64,000 nucleotides of DNA from Methanocellales archaeon (GCA_030610945.1 JAUWQV010000001.1:124246-188245), one strand, 5' to 3'. Counted from the stretch's first letter, positions 19,139 through 30,012 are shown. Notes: generated from the letters alone by a model not told the origin. Translations and numbers: made by a program.

Positions 19139-20332
19139 TGTGCATAGCTCAATCAATCGCTTCTCGCCGCTGCGTGACCCTCTGGCAATGATTAAATCTC
19201 CCGCCTTAGTGATGGTTTTTCCACCTGGGCGATATACCCACGTATCTGCTCTTCTAATAGCCAGAATGAACATGCCGGTTTCTGTTTCCAGCCTCAACGC
19301 CTTCAATGTATTTCCATCAACTTTAGAGGCGTCTTTTACCTCTATTTTGGCGATAATTTCATCCGACTCCTTGATTGCGAGCATGAATACAGGATGGAGT
19401 TTGATGTCCCTCAAAACAACATCCGCGATTTCGTCAGCTGCATCTGAGATGACCTCTGAGGATGTTGCAAGATGTAGCAATCCTCTCAGGCTGTTCACAT
19501 CATCGACATGCTTTGACGCTGCTAATACCCAGTGCTCTAACTCATATTTCATCTCGTCTATCTGTGCTTCTAATATCTCCACCTCGTGCGCGATCTCCTC
19601 GCTGTAAAAAAGTAGGGCGGAATAAGCAAGCCCGACCGCCAGTTCTGATAGATTTTTCATCTCGATGATGATATCTACGGCTTTAGTAAGATCATTCAAC
19701 AATCTCCCTTTCTTGGGGAGCTTGAACTCACATTTATCCCCTGTGGCCAATTTACATAACATCGCCACCCCTTCATCCGGCCCCTTGGCGAATAAAACGT
19801 CGCCCGCCTCCATGGCCGTCTTTTTATTGGGGTCATATACCCACTCCGCGTTACGTCTGAGCGCTATGACCACCATGCCCGTCTTCGTTTCTAGTTTGAA
19901 CTCACCCAGAGTTTTTCCAGCGAGGGAGGATTTTTCGCTAATCCTGACGCATGTGACGGTTTCTTCTGCACTTGGAATTGCAATTTTCAACTCAGGAGGG
20001 AGGCCCAATTCCCTGAGTACGATGTTGGCAATATCTCCCGCTGCGTTGGATATTTTTTCAGCAGCAGAGGCTATCTGCAGCACGCCAGAAAGCTCCTCTG
20101 CCTCCTCTATGCGCCTGGCACCCAGCATCGCTGTTATGCGTGCATGATAGCTCATAACGTCCATCTCCTCCTCCAGCCGAAGCACTTCTTCGGCGATGTC
20201 CTTGCTGTCATACAGAACAGCGGAATACGCCAGGTCCACCATCAATTCGGAGATGTCCTTCATGTGTTTCAGAAGGTTTTTCATGCCCTGTGGTTCATAT
20301 TCGATTTCTTCAGTCATACCAATCCCAATCAT
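19124..20332 (-). CDS. Duplicated PhoU-like + TrkA-C (RCK_C) domain regulatory protein
   Basis: 402 aa with an internal duplication. Each half is a helical PhoU-like segment followed by a TrkA-C-like beta domain (GKTLGEFKLETKTGMVVIALRR and GNTLKALRLETETGMFILAIRR). Confidence 0.65.
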   Translation of the reverse strand: MIGIGMTEEIEYEPQGMKNLLKHMKDISELMVDLAYSAVLYDSKDIAEEVLRLEEEMDVMSYHARITAMLGARRIEEAEELSGVLQIASAAEKISNAAGDIANIVLRELGLPPELKIAIPSAEETVTCVRISEKSSLAGKTLGEFKLETKTGMVVIALRRNAEWVYDPNKKTAMEAGDVLFAKGPDEGVAMLCKLATGDKCEFKLPKKGRLLNDLTKAVDIIIEMKNLSELAVGLAYSALLFYSEEIAHEVEILEAQIDEMKYELEHWVLAASKHVDDVNSLRGLLHLATSSEVISDAADEIADVVLRDIKLHPVFMLAIKESDEIIAKIEVKDASKVDGNTLKALRLETETGMFILAIRRADTWVYRPGGKTITKAGDLIIARGSRSGEKRLIELCTSKPS

Positions 20333-20363
20333 TCACTGTGGTTAATAAATGCTTTTCTCCAAT

Positions 20364-20930
20364 TCATAACACCGCCATGATGACGACAAACAGTATCAGG
20401 ATGCCAAACACATCACAAACACTGGTAACTATGGGAATCGTCGTATCATCGGGGTCTATGCCCTTTTTGTACGAAAGAAACGCAGCCAAGACTGTTGTGA
20501 TGATGACAATTAAGATGAGTAAAACGCCTGATATGGAAGATATCAGGACCATTTTAATCAAACCAACGCTCTCAAAGCCCATTAAAACGCAGAATAGGTG
20601 CCCTAAAATCCCGATTGCAAAGAATGAAAGTACACCAACGATGGAAACGCCAAGCACGTTGCTTCTCAACACAGGGTCGGTTGGCGTGAGGCTGATAACA
20701 CCAAGGTGGAGCGCAGATGTAATCCGAGAGCTGAGTATGGCGCCCAGATTTCCGCCCATGCCAATCGTGACCGGGATTAACACGAACAATCCAGGGAACG
20801 TGAACAGGATGTTCTTAAAGGTGTCGAGAGCCAGTCCAGATAAAATTCCAAGGACAGCACAAAATGTGAGCAGGGGGAGCGCGGTTTTCATGATTATTAT
20901 GGCATTGTACCTTTTCACTAAGAGTGCCAA
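20364..20930 (-). CDS. MgtE-like divalent cation transporter, membrane domain only
   Basis: 188 aa with five TM helices. GMGGNLG and DPDD motifs of the MgtE/SLC41 membrane domain. Confidence 0.7.
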   Translation of the reverse strand: MALLVKRYNAIIIMKTALPLLTFCAVLGILSGLALDTFKNILFTFPGLFVLIPVTIGMGGNLGAILSSRITSALHLGVISLTPTDPVLRSNVLGVSIVGVLSFFAIGILGHLFCVLMGFESVGLIKMVLISSISGVLLILIVIITTVLAAFLSYKKGIDPDDTTIPIVTSVCDVFGILILFVVIMAVL

Positions 20931-20931
20931 C

Positions 20932-21531
20932 CTACACCACCCCCGTGATAATTCTCACTGCTATAAAGAACGCGAGCACCGTAAGCACGTCCCCAGCAGA
21001 GGTCACCATTGGCCCCATGACATTATCGGGATCGATTCCATGTTTGAATATCGTGAATGCAAATATTATAACCAAACCGATTAGTATGAATGCTGATAGC
21101 GCCCAAACCGTCAGAGATACTGCTGCCAGAGAAACTATGCCAATGCACTCTCTACCAAGCGCCAGCGTCATGGCATAAGCGAGAAACGCGATCACAACTG
21201 CCATTGTCGCCCCTTCTCCCAGCGACGCTATAACGCTGTGTACAAGGTTCTCATCGCCCCTCAAGTCCGGCTTGATGATGCCTTGATGTAAAGCAGACCC
21301 AAGCCTAGAGCCGAATGCACCGGCTATGCTGCCCCGCATTCCCAACAACGGCGGGATTAACACGAGCAGGCCTGGAAGAGTACTCAGCGCATCCTCCATA
21401 CTTGCGAGAACGACACCAGCGAACAGACCAGATATGATGCATACCAAGAGTGGCAGAGAGGACTGTTTGATGATAAAACGCACGCTGACATAGTCTTTTA
21501 GATATTTGGCCCCTTGCTCTTTATCCAGCAT
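20932..21531 (-). CDS. MgtE-like divalent cation transporter, membrane domain only (paralog)
   Basis: 199 aa. GMRGSIAG and DPDN motifs. Lies 1 nt upstream of its paralog. Confidence 0.7.
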   Translation of the reverse strand: MLDKEQGAKYLKDYVSVRFIIKQSSLPLLVCIISGLFAGVVLASMEDALSTLPGLLVLIPPLLGMRGSIAGAFGSRLGSALHQGIIKPDLRGDENLVHSVIASLGEGATMAVVIAFLAYAMTLALGRECIGIVSLAAVSLTVWALSAFILIGLVIIFAFTIFKHGIDPDNVMGPMVTSAGDVLTVLAFFIAVRIITGVV

Positions 21532-22030
21532 CTATAGTTTGTATCGCCCATTTCTTATTTAAGTGATTTGAAAAAGGGGCGCCTTTTAGTGGCTCAATAA
21601 AACTCGGGCATCATCCTGGTTTTTCTTCTTTCTCTTCTTCTTTTTCCTTCTTTTTGATTGTCTTGGGCTTCTTCCAGGATTCCAGCATCTCTTTTAACTC
21701 TTTGATGGGCTCAAGTCTCATGATACCTAAAAAGTCTTTCTCAGATAAATCAGTTGGGTCGCCTCAGCAAGTGAAAGAAAGCATTACCTGTACGAAAAAA
21801 GCGCTCAATCGTTTTTCCATACCCATTATACATCTTCTCATCCAGTTTTGTGACGGGCCCTCGAGCAAACCAGAGAAATGCCGCTGCCACCCTCTCATAT
21901 GCGCTACTTACGGCCCTGTCGAGTTCCAGTGCGAACCGCAGTATGGATGAAATTTTCATCTTCCCCCTCTTACTTTTGTAAATTGATAAAAATTGTGCTG
22001 TTAAAGAATATAAGGATTTTGCACAACATC

Positions 22031-22663
22031 CTACACATATTTTAAGATGCCCCTGAGGTCATGCACCACTACAGATGCGTGTTTAAGCAGCTCTGAATCA
22101 GGATTGAAGGCGATGCCCAATCCGGCACATCTTAGGAATGTGATGTCATACCTGCTATCACCCACAGCAACGCATTTTGCATTTGGTATATGCAATTTCT
22201 GCGTTAGGTTGCAAAAAGCTTCATCCTTCTTGACAACGTCCACATTGAGTATTTCTTCACCGGTCAGGCGGTCTTCTGCATCGCATACTAAATCGTTCGC
22301 CACTACATGCTCAATTCCCAATCTACCTGCAACACTTCGTGCCATGGCATTAAGTCCACCGGTGATAATGGCAGTTTTCACGCCCCTGCTCTTGAGATCT
22401 TTTACGACTTGCGCCGCATAGGGCATTAACTCGTAGTTGGACAGTACGTCTGTGATTTGCTGCATCGTGGGCCTAAAAGGGTGCCATAGGGCAGCGTCCC
22501 TCCGCATAAACTCGGCATAATCTATCCTCCCCTTGACATACTCTTTCAGGTTTCCCATTGCCGGCTCTATGGTGCCAAAATGCCTGTGCAACGTTCCCCA
22601 TGAATTTCTCCCCTTGACAAGAGTCCCGTCCATATCAAATGCGATAAGTTCGTATCGCGGCAT
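22031..22663 (-). CDS. HAD-superfamily hydrolase, phosphoserine phosphatase (SerB)-like
   Basis: FDMDGTLV (HAD motif I), ITGG (motif II region) and GDSRYD (motif IV). Confidence 0.7.
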   Translation of the reverse strand: MPRYELIAFDMDGTLVKGRNSWGTLHRHFGTIEPAMGNLKEYVKGRIDYAEFMRRDAALWHPFRPTMQQITDVLSNYELMPYAAQVVKDLKSRGVKTAIITGGLNAMARSVAGRLGIEHVVANDLVCDAEDRLTGEEILNVDVVKKDEAFCNLTQKLHIPNAKCVAVGDSRYDITFLRCAGLGIAFNPDSELLKHASVVVHDLRGILKYV

Positions 22664-22669
22664 GATAAA

Positions 22670-23038
22670 CTACGCCTTTACACAAAGTGCTTCATTCTCT
22701 TTCTTTGGCGCATTCTTGACGAACCTGTTCTCTAATTTAAAAGCATAAAAAAAGACGGGTGCCCCTTCTGGAACGTTTCGCCACAGAGACGTATCAATGC
22801 ATTCCGCCCCCAATTCATCAACAAGACCTTGATATGTAGCCGCTTCTATCCTGTAGATGCGTATTGCAAAATTTTCAAGCGCCCCGCTCTGCTTGTTTCT
22901 CACCCTGTAGATGCCTTTATTGTAAAATTTATCTGAGATGAATGTGCAGCTCCCGCTTTGGAGCGTTTCCTGGATTCGCAACGAGTCGAGAGGGATTAGA
23001 TGTCCAACCCGGCCGAGTTCTACCTGAAATTCATCCAT
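22670..23038 (-). CDS. Hypothetical protein
   Basis: 122-aa ORF co-oriented with, and 6 nt upstream of, the HAD hydrolase gene. No family recognised. Confidence 0.35.
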   Translation of the reverse strand: MDEFQVELGRVGHLIPLDSLRIQETLQSGSCTFISDKFYNKGIYRVRNKQSGALENFAIRIYRIEAATYQGLVDELGAECIDTSLWRNVPEGAPVFFYAFKLENRFVKNAPKKENEALCVKA

Positions 23039-23088
23039 GTAAAAATAAATTAGGATTGTGCATATTTATAGATTCCGAGTTTGGCCCT

Positions 23089-23994
23089 CTATTTCGGATA
23101 CGGAATTACAATTTCTATGAATTCCTTCGCAATGGATGTGTTCTTGAAGACTGTCTTTGCTTCCTTCAATAATGGTGTTGCGTCTTCAGAATAGCGCGAG
23201 CTGATGTGGACCAACACGAGCTCTTTTACGCCCGCTTTGGATGCAACCGTTGCAGCTTCTTTTGCCGTAGAATGCCCGGATTCAATTGCCCAGTCTTGTA
23301 GATCGTCGCTTAAAGTGCCGTCATGTATGAGTAAGTTTGCATCCTTCGCTGCTTCTATCACGACGCTACAGGGCCTTGTGTCACCGGTGTAAACGATTTT
23401 TCTCCCAAGTCTCGAAGGACCTACAACCTGCTCTGGCTTGATTTCCTTGCCAGCAACGAACACGGATTTGCCTGAATGTAATTTCGAGAACAATGGGCCT
23501 GGTGGAACGCCCAATTCGATGGCTTTTTCTCTATCGAATCTACCCAGCAATGGCTTTTCCTCCAGCACATATCCGAGACTTGGAACGCCGTGGTCGGTTT
23601 TTATCGCCCTAACCGTATATTCGGGGTGTTCAACGACGTCGCCTGGTTTGAGCTCGTGGTCTTCAATCTTGAAACTCAGTTTGTAGTAGCCCAATCCGAT
23701 AAGTACCTTAACAAGTTCGCGAATCCATCTGGGTCCGTAGATGTGCAGTGGTTCGGTTCTCCCCTGGAAGCTCATGGTTTGTATCAGCCCAGGGACGCCA
23801 AGAAAGTGGTCCCCATGATAATGCGTGATGAAGATAGATGTGAGATTCATCATTCCTGTTTTTGCCCTCATCATCTGCTGCTGCGTCCCCTCGCCACAGT
23901 CGAACAAAAGGAGTTCTCCCTTTCGATTGACCATGACGGCTGAGGGATTTCTATTAGGTGTTGGAAGGGAGCCCCCTGTGCCAAGGAATATCAC
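23089..23994 (-). CDS. rnz: Ribonuclease Z (tRNA 3' endonuclease, metallo-beta-lactamase)
   Basis: HYHGDH zinc motif, N-terminal LGTGGSLPT, 301 aa. Confidence 0.9.
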   Translation of the reverse strand: MIFLGTGGSLPTPNRNPSAVMVNRKGELLLFDCGEGTQQQMMRAKTGMMNLTSIFITHYHGDHFLGVPGLIQTMSFQGRTEPLHIYGPRWIRELVKVLIGLGYYKLSFKIEDHELKPGDVVEHPEYTVRAIKTDHGVPSLGYVLEEKPLLGRFDREKAIELGVPPGPLFSKLHSGKSVFVAGKEIKPEQVVGPSRLGRKIVYTGDTRPCSVVIEAAKDANLLIHDGTLSDDLQDWAIESGHSTAKEAATVASKAGVKELVLVHISSRYSEDATPLLKEAKTVFKNTSIAKEFIEIVIPYPK

Positions 23995-24012
23995 TTTGAG
24001 CGTAACATCACC

Positions 24013-25035
24013 TCATTTTCTCAAGACGATTATCCGGCGGGTCAAACTTTTATGAACCCGCTGCCGATGGTGCCCGATGGTCGTGAAACCTGCATCCCCT
24101 GCAATTTTTTCTATGGGAATTTGTGACACCACTACGGCTTTGTTACCCGGCAGGAGGGTGCGATGTATTTCCTTTAATGAGCAATCATATAAATCTTCCA
24201 GTGACCTAGCCCTAAACAAGGCTGACCTGCCATACGGCGGATCCGTCACAACCGCATCCACTGAGTTGTCAGCCAATCCTAGATTGCGGGCATCGCCGAT
24301 CATCAACTCACCACTTATGCCATAGTGCCGTAGATTTGTGTTGGCGCCAAGTACCATCTTGCGCTGTACATCTGCGCCGACGCATCTGGCGCCGGTCAGC
24401 CCTGCCTCGATTAGTATGCCTCCAGTCCCGCAGAAGGGATCCAGTAATGTTCCTCCTCCGCAGATAGAGGAAATATTCACCAAGGCCCTTGCTACCCGCG
24501 GCAATAATGCCCCTGGGTGGAAAAATAGTCTGCGATGGGGGCGCCTGGATTCGTACTGGGTCCTGTCCACAGAATACATCAATTTGCCGAATGCGCATTT
24601 GCCTTGAGTAAGAACGAGGCGGAACACCACGTCAGGATTTTTGAGATCAACCCTATAGCCTCGCTTGTAAATAATGGCACCTGCCTGCTTCTCCAAGCCA
24701 GAAATATCAAGCATGTGTTCCTTGACCTGCTTAGCCCTCACGCAAAAGGTTTCGTCCTTTTTGAGGTTTAAATCCACAGTGCCAACTAAATCGGCGATTG
24801 AATCAGTGTCGGCAGGACAAACCCCGAGCACCTCTAAGATGTTGTGAGTCATGGCAAGGCGTGATGCAATGGACGGCATCTCCTCGATTTCGATGATGAA
24901 GAGCATATCCAAATCAGCGACTTCTTTAAAGCACGTGTCAAATGCCTCTAAGCAGCCTAAAACTTCTGCCTTGGGTAGTGTTTCATGCTCGCCTGACAGC
25001 TCAAATGCGACCTTCATGGTGGCAATATATTGCAC
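24013..25035 (-). CDS. THUMP-domain tRNA (guanine-N2)-methyltransferase (Trm11/TrmG10-like)
   Basis: SAM motif DPFCGTGG and catalytic DPPYG; N-terminal THUMP-like region. Confidence 0.75.
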   Translation of the reverse strand: MQYIATMKVAFELSGEHETLPKAEVLGCLEAFDTCFKEVADLDMLFIIEIEEMPSIASRLAMTHNILEVLGVCPADTDSIADLVGTVDLNLKKDETFCVRAKQVKEHMLDISGLEKQAGAIIYKRGYRVDLKNPDVVFRLVLTQGKCAFGKLMYSVDRTQYESRRPHRRLFFHPGALLPRVARALVNISSICGGGTLLDPFCGTGGILIEAGLTGARCVGADVQRKMVLGANTNLRHYGISGELMIGDARNLGLADNSVDAVVTDPPYGRSALFRARSLEDLYDCSLKEIHRTLLPGNKAVVVSQIPIEKIAGDAGFTTIGHHRQRVHKSLTRRIIVLRK

Positions 25036-25049
25036 ACTGACCCCTTAAG

Positions 25050-25057
25050 TTTATATA
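25050..25057 (+). promoter_or_regulatory. Consensus archaeal TATA box (TTTATATA) upstream of tbp
   Basis: An exact TTTATATA lies 40-60 nt upstream of the candidate tbp start codons (25098/25110) in the intergenic region. Confidence 0.5.
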
Positions 25058-25088
25058 AGGCGGAAAAAGTAAAGACCTTGTGTGTTAG

Positions 25089-25661
25089 GTGTTATACATG
25101 CTCTCCCCCATGCACGTGAAAAAAAGCATTAAAATTGAGAATGTCGTTGCGTCCACGGCAATAGGGCAAGAGATAGACCTCAAGTCGATTGCACATAGAC
25201 TTGAAGACGCTGAATATGTGCCAAAACGGTTCCCGGGCCTGGTGTACAGAACCAAAAACCCTAAAACTGCCGCACTGGTATTCAGGTCCGGAAAGGTCGT
25301 GTGCACGGGTGCGAAGAGCGTAGGGGATGTTGCCGGAGGGCTGAAAAAAGTCTTCAAAAAAATGAGGGAGATCGGCATCGATGTCAAAGAAAGCCCGATA
25401 ACGATTCAAAATATCGTCGCGTCCGCTGACCTTGAGAAGGAGTTAAACCTGAATGCGATAGCCATCGGCTTGGGCTTGGAGAATGTCGAATACGAGCCTG
25501 AGCAGTTTCCAGGGCTGGTATACAGGTTATCAGAGCCAAAGGTAGTGATATTAGTATTTGGGTCCGGCAAGTTGGTAATCACTGGCGGCAAGAGGATAGA
25601 GGACGTTGAGGCGGCAGTGGAAAAAATTGCAAAGGATTTGGAAGGATTAAATATCTTGTGA
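25089..25661 (+). CDS. tbp: TATA-box binding protein
   Basis: Two direct repeats (IENVVAS...FPGLVYR and IQNIVAS...FPGLVYR). The true start is probably ATG at 25098 or 25110. Confidence 0.95.
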   Translation: MLYMLSPMHVKKSIKIENVVASTAIGQEIDLKSIAHRLEDAEYVPKRFPGLVYRTKNPKTAALVFRSGKVVCTGAKSVGDVAGGLKKVFKKMREIGIDVKESPITIQNIVASADLEKELNLNAIAIGLGLENVEYEPEQFPGLVYRLSEPKVVILVFGSGKLVITGGKRIEDVEAAVEKIAKDLEGLNIL

Positions 25662-26362
25662 CTGGCCATATGAGCGAACTATGCGATATATTATGGGAAG
25701 CTTATGAGGGTTGCGGCGAACAATACAAGACATATACGCAACCCATATCAAAGTATATCAGAGAACACACTAAATCCACTCTAGCTCTGGCATTCTTGGC
25801 CGGCATCATATGTGGCGGCATACTGCAATCGGATATCGCCAAACTGCTGATGGTTACCTTGGTCGGTGGAATCCCTGGCGCAATCTCCCTTGGAACGCTG
25901 ATGGGGATGCACCCAGTTACCTGTGCATTGATAGCAGTTGCTGCCAATTTCGTCGTTGCCGCAGCAGCAATAAATTTCCTGTACTTCATAGAAAAAGAGC
26001 CAAAGGTTGCGATAATCGTGAACAGGATTAGAGGGCGTTTTTCTGGCTTCTTGGAGCCATTTATGAGATTTGCTGGGGAGAAGGGCGTTTTTCTTTCTGT
26101 AGTGCTGTTCACATTTGGCATAGGTCTGACAACGGTGTTCATAGTCGATTTGATTAAGGCGGATATACAAGATGCAAAGAAGGCGATACTACTTGGACTC
26201 GTCCTGGCAGCAGTTTTCTGGATAACAGTGTATCAGGTCTTGGTGACCGTCATACCGCCAACAGTTGTATCCATGGTAATCGTCGCTGCCATACTTCTTA
26301 TGGTATTCTATTCCAGGATAAGGGAGTGGGTTCTATGTCACTTGAAGGGGCACCCTGTATAA
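25658..26362 (+). CDS. Hypothetical polytopic membrane protein
   Basis: 234 aa with about six hydrophobic helices. Overlaps the tbp stop codon by 4 nt. Confidence 0.4.
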   Translation: MTGHMSELCDILWEAYEGCGEQYKTYTQPISKYIREHTKSTLALAFLAGIICGGILQSDIAKLLMVTLVGGIPGAISLGTLMGMHPVTCALIAVAANFVVAAAAINFLYFIEKEPKVAIIVNRIRGRFSGFLEPFMRFAGEKGVFLSVVLFTFGIGLTTVFIVDLIKADIQDAKKAILLGLVLAAVFWITVYQVLVTVIPPTVVSMVIVAAILLMVFYSRIREWVLCHLKGHPV

Positions 26363-26391
26363 AGAGTAAATCAAAAATTAACGACGATTTA

Positions 26392-27229
<838 letters not shown>

Positions 27230-27233
27230 TTAA

Positions 27234-28202
27234 TTACTTTTTCTTAAGCGATGGTATGATTTCCCTGCCCATTAGTTTAATGGCAGCAGATTTATCTGGA
27301 CCGATTGGCGAGCCGATTACGACCTGCGTAACGCCTAGCTCGTACAGTTCATGAATCCTTTGAAGGCAGTGCTCCGGTGAGCCGTAGATGGAAAATGCAT
27401 TGACCATTTTGTCTGTGACAGACGCAAACGCTGTGTGATAATCGCCCCTTGCAAGGGCAGTTCTAATATTCAGTGCCGTTTCAAGACTTATTCCATGCCG
27501 CCCCAATATGAATTTCGGCGTGCCCGCAACGATGTATGCGACGATGGGTAAAACGGCTTCCTTTGCCTTTTTTTCGTCCAGGTCAACAGAAAAGCTCGTG
27601 TACGCGGCTATGTCAAAGCCCTTCTTTATGTGCTTTAGCCTTGAAATTGCATACTTAAAATCCAGAGGATGTGAGGCGTTGATTAAAACGCCATCTCCGA
27701 TGAGGCTTGCTGTTTCGAGCATCCTGGGACCTTGAGCACCTATATAGATAGGTATCTTCGAGGCAGGGCAAGTCAACTGCGCACCATTCAGCTTGAAAAA
27801 TTCGCCATTAAACGTAACGCGCTCGCCTGTCAACAGGCACCTGATGATTTTTACTGCTTCCTTCAACCTTGCTACAGGTTTCTCGCGATGAATACCTATT
27901 GACGCCAGTGTGGTTTCATCGCCAGCGCCAACACCGAGCATGGCTCGCCCGCCAGAGACTTCATCAAGGGAAGCTACTGCAGATGCGGTCAGTGCAGGAT
28001 GGATGTGATACGGATTCGTGGCACCTGGGCCAAGTTTAACTTTTTCGGTCTTCTCTGCCAACAAGGATAATGCCACATAGGCGTTTCTGTTGTTGTAGTG
28101 GTCCGTAACCCAAACTGCGTCAAATCCGCATTCTTCAGCAAGAATGGCATGCGAAACCAGTTCGCTCAGCGGAATATTTGGAACAAATTCAATACCAAGC
28201 AC
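27234..28202 (-). CDS. mer: F420-dependent 5,10-methylenetetrahydromethanopterin reductase
   Basis: 322-aa luciferase-like TIM barrel. The N-terminal GIEFVPN and overall pattern are typical of Mer. Other F420-dependent LLM members cannot be excluded without a search. Confidence 0.75.
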   Translation of the reverse strand: MLGIEFVPNIPLSELVSHAILAEECGFDAVWVTDHYNNRNAYVALSLLAEKTEKVKLGPGATNPYHIHPALTASAVASLDEVSGGRAMLGVGAGDETTLASIGIHREKPVARLKEAVKIIRCLLTGERVTFNGEFFKLNGAQLTCPASKIPIYIGAQGPRMLETASLIGDGVLINASHPLDFKYAISRLKHIKKGFDIAAYTSFSVDLDEKKAKEAVLPIVAYIVAGTPKFILGRHGISLETALNIRTALARGDYHTAFASVTDKMVNAFSIYGSPEHCLQRIHELYELGVTQVVIGSPIGPDKSAAIKLMGREIIPSLKKK

Positions 28203-28240
28203 TAAACCACCATATTAAGATAGTTCTTGAATTAAAAAGG

Positions 28241-29044
28241 CTACCGTTTCAATCTAATGTGCACCTGACCGGAAACGCGCAAGTTAAGCGCTTTTGTTGC
28301 ACTGCCCCCTCTCAGGGAAATTTCAAGAAAACCATGACTCCCGACCGTGAGCAATAGCCCAGATGCCTCCGCATATGCTCTGACGAATGGCATCCGCTGG
28401 CCGCATACTTCCGCCTCGTCGCCATAGCGCAGGTGCTGCAGGGCAAGCGAGCCCGGAATGTTGGTTATGAGGTTCCCAAACCCGTCAATGTAAATGACTT
28501 CGCCGCTCAGCGCTTCATTGGATGCTTCCACCTTGCCAAAGTCAAGGTTTATGAAATCGTCTATCGGTTTGAATCTCGAAATGCCATAGTCCTTGGACAA
28601 TTCTGCCGCCACAGGAGCGAAAACATCCCTGCCATGAAATGTGGCTGACTTTGGTGGTTCATGCTCGATAAGATATACCGTGAAATTGCCTAAACTCCTC
28701 GCTGCCGGAATCAGAAGACCGTTATCGGGTCCAACCAGATATTGCTCGCCTGCCTTAATTACCAGCGCGCGTCTCTTCGTGCCAACGCCGGGGTCGATGA
28801 CCGCTACGTGAATCGTTTTGTCTGGAAATTCCCTGGCAGCATACATCAACGCGAATGCACCCGCCCTAATATTCTGGGGCGGAACGTTGTGCGAGATGTC
28901 AATAATCGTGGCATCAGGATTAATTTTAAGAATAGCGGCCTTCATCAGCGCTGGATATAAATCTCCAAAGTCCGTGAGCAAGGTGATTATAGGCATAGTT
29001 ACACTACTTTCGTTTATCTCATTATCGACACGTATATTAAGCAT
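28241..29044 (-). CDS. SAM hydroxide adenosyltransferase / SAM hydrolase (DUF62, fluorinase-like)
   Basis: ITLLTDFG, VIDPGVGTKRR and GPDNGLL motifs. Confidence 0.8.
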   Translation of the reverse strand: MLNIRVDNEINESSVTMPIITLLTDFGDLYPALMKAAILKINPDATIIDISHNVPPQNIRAGAFALMYAAREFPDKTIHVAVIDPGVGTKRRALVIKAGEQYLVGPDNGLLIPAARSLGNFTVYLIEHEPPKSATFHGRDVFAPVAAELSKDYGISRFKPIDDFINLDFGKVEASNEALSGEVIYIDGFGNLITNIPGSLALQHLRYGDEAEVCGQRMPFVRAYAEASGLLLTVGSHGFLEISLRGGSATKALNLRVSGQVHIRLKR

Positions 29045-29095
29045 CTCCTTAAACCATCGATTTTAAAGTTCAAAAGTGTGTAACTAGAAGTAAGA

Positions 29096-29347
29096 ATGTT
29101 AGAGATAAGAGTGAGAGTCGGACCAAAAGGACAGGTAGTTATCCCACAAGTGTTCAGGAAGGCACTAAAAATAGCCCCAAAATCTGAGGTGATTTTCAAG
29201 TTAGAGGACAACATACTCATTATCAAAAAACCAAGAAAGGATGTGATCAAGACTTTCGAAATGATTGCAAAGTCCCGCCCTATGTTCACCAGAAAAATGC
29301 ATCCGCATGAGGCATACGAAGAGGAACTTGCGACGAGGTTAGGATGA
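29096..29347 (+). CDS. AbrB/SpoVT-family antitoxin (VapB-like)
   Basis: VGPKGQVVIPQVFRKALKI motif; 83 aa. The stop overlaps the ATG of a truncated PIN ORF (ATGA). Confidence 0.7.
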   Translation: MLEIRVRVGPKGQVVIPQVFRKALKIAPKSEVIFKLEDNILIIKKPRKDVIKTFEMIAKSRPMFTRKMHPHEAYEEELATRLG

Positions 29348-29439
29348 TATGCATAGACTCCATGGTGCCCATCTATGTGATTTTGTATTCACTGCCGAAA
29401 AGAATAAATAGTATATACAATAACTTTTATGTGAGTTAA
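29344..29439 (+). pseudogene. Truncated vapC (PIN) remnant, 31 codons
   Basis: My translation is MICIDSMVPIYVILYSLPKRINSIYNNFYVS*. The first ~13 residues match the PIN N-terminal strand with the catalytic Asp (IDS). It has a classic 4-nt ATGA overlap with the antitoxin stop. The PIN fold cannot be completed. Confidence 0.4.
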
Positions 29440-29454
29440 TGTAAGTGATATAAT

Positions 29455-29658
29455 ATGCAATGCGAATTTCAACCCTCAAAACATGCCAAGGATCAGATGG
29501 TCCTTAGGGGCATTTCAAAAAGGGAGGTTTTGAATTGTATCTTGAAAGGAGCGAAAAGGTTGCAGGAAAAAAAAATCATTGGCATCTTCGGAAAATTGGA
29601 GGTTGTCTTTCAGAAGAGGCCTTGCCATTATTATATCATAACGACTTACTGGAGATGA
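29455..29658 (+). CDS. DUF4258-family putative toxin
   Basis: The KHAKDQMVLRGISKREV...IITTYW pattern is typical of DUF4258. It is followed 1 nt later by a YgiT-type zinc-finger gene. Confidence 0.6.
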   Translation: MQCEFQPSKHAKDQMVLRGISKREVLNCILKGAKRLQEKKIIGIFGKLEVVFQKRPCHYYIITTYWR

Positions 29659-29659
29659 A

Positions 29660-29989
29660 TTGATGAAGTGCCCTATATGTGAAGAAGGTATGGAAAGAAA
29701 AAAGGTCCCATATACTGTAGGAAGTGTCAAACTCGGCATCTTTGAGGCAGATGTTTGCTCGTCTTGTAGTGAAATATTCTTTACAGAGAAGTCGTCTGAT
29801 GCCATAGATAGGAAGGCAAAGGAATTGGGACTCTGGGGGCTTGAGAAAAAAGGGAGGATTGGATATTCTGGAAATTCTCTCATCGTGAGAATCCCAAAAA
29901 AAGTGGCCGAATTCATGAAGCTGAAAAAAGGAGAGGGGGTTCTCATCAAGCCTGAAGGTAAAAAGCGGCTGGTCATCGAGATAGAGTAA
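29660..29989 (+). CDS. YgiT-type zinc-finger protein fused to SpoVT/AbrB-like domain (putative antitoxin)
   Basis: MKCPICEEG...CSSCSE is a two-CxxC zinc ribbon. The C-terminal SLIVRIPKKVAEFMKLKKGEGVLI is AbrB-like. Confidence 0.6.
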   Translation: MMKCPICEEGMERKKVPYTVGSVKLGIFEADVCSSCSEIFFTEKSSDAIDRKAKELGLWGLEKKGRIGYSGNSLIVRIPKKVAEFMKLKKGEGVLIKPEGKKRLVIEIE

Positions 29990-30012
29990 TTGATTACTGA
30001 AAAATGCCGCAG

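Noticed and set aside
20290-21084. 264-aa plus-strand ORF across the two MgtE-like genes
   Set aside because: It is antisense to two well-supported membrane-protein genes and crosses their junction. Its composition mirrors the hydrophobic codons of the opposite strand.
21654-21959. Small ORFs on both strands in a ~500-bp gap, including a possible frameshifted minus-strand gene (69 aa, then a Lys/Glu-rich tail in another frame)
   Set aside because: No family motif is present. The two minus-strand pieces are not joined by an obvious slippery site, and the Lys/Glu tail comes from a simple polypurine tract. The evidence is too weak to call a gene or pseudogene.
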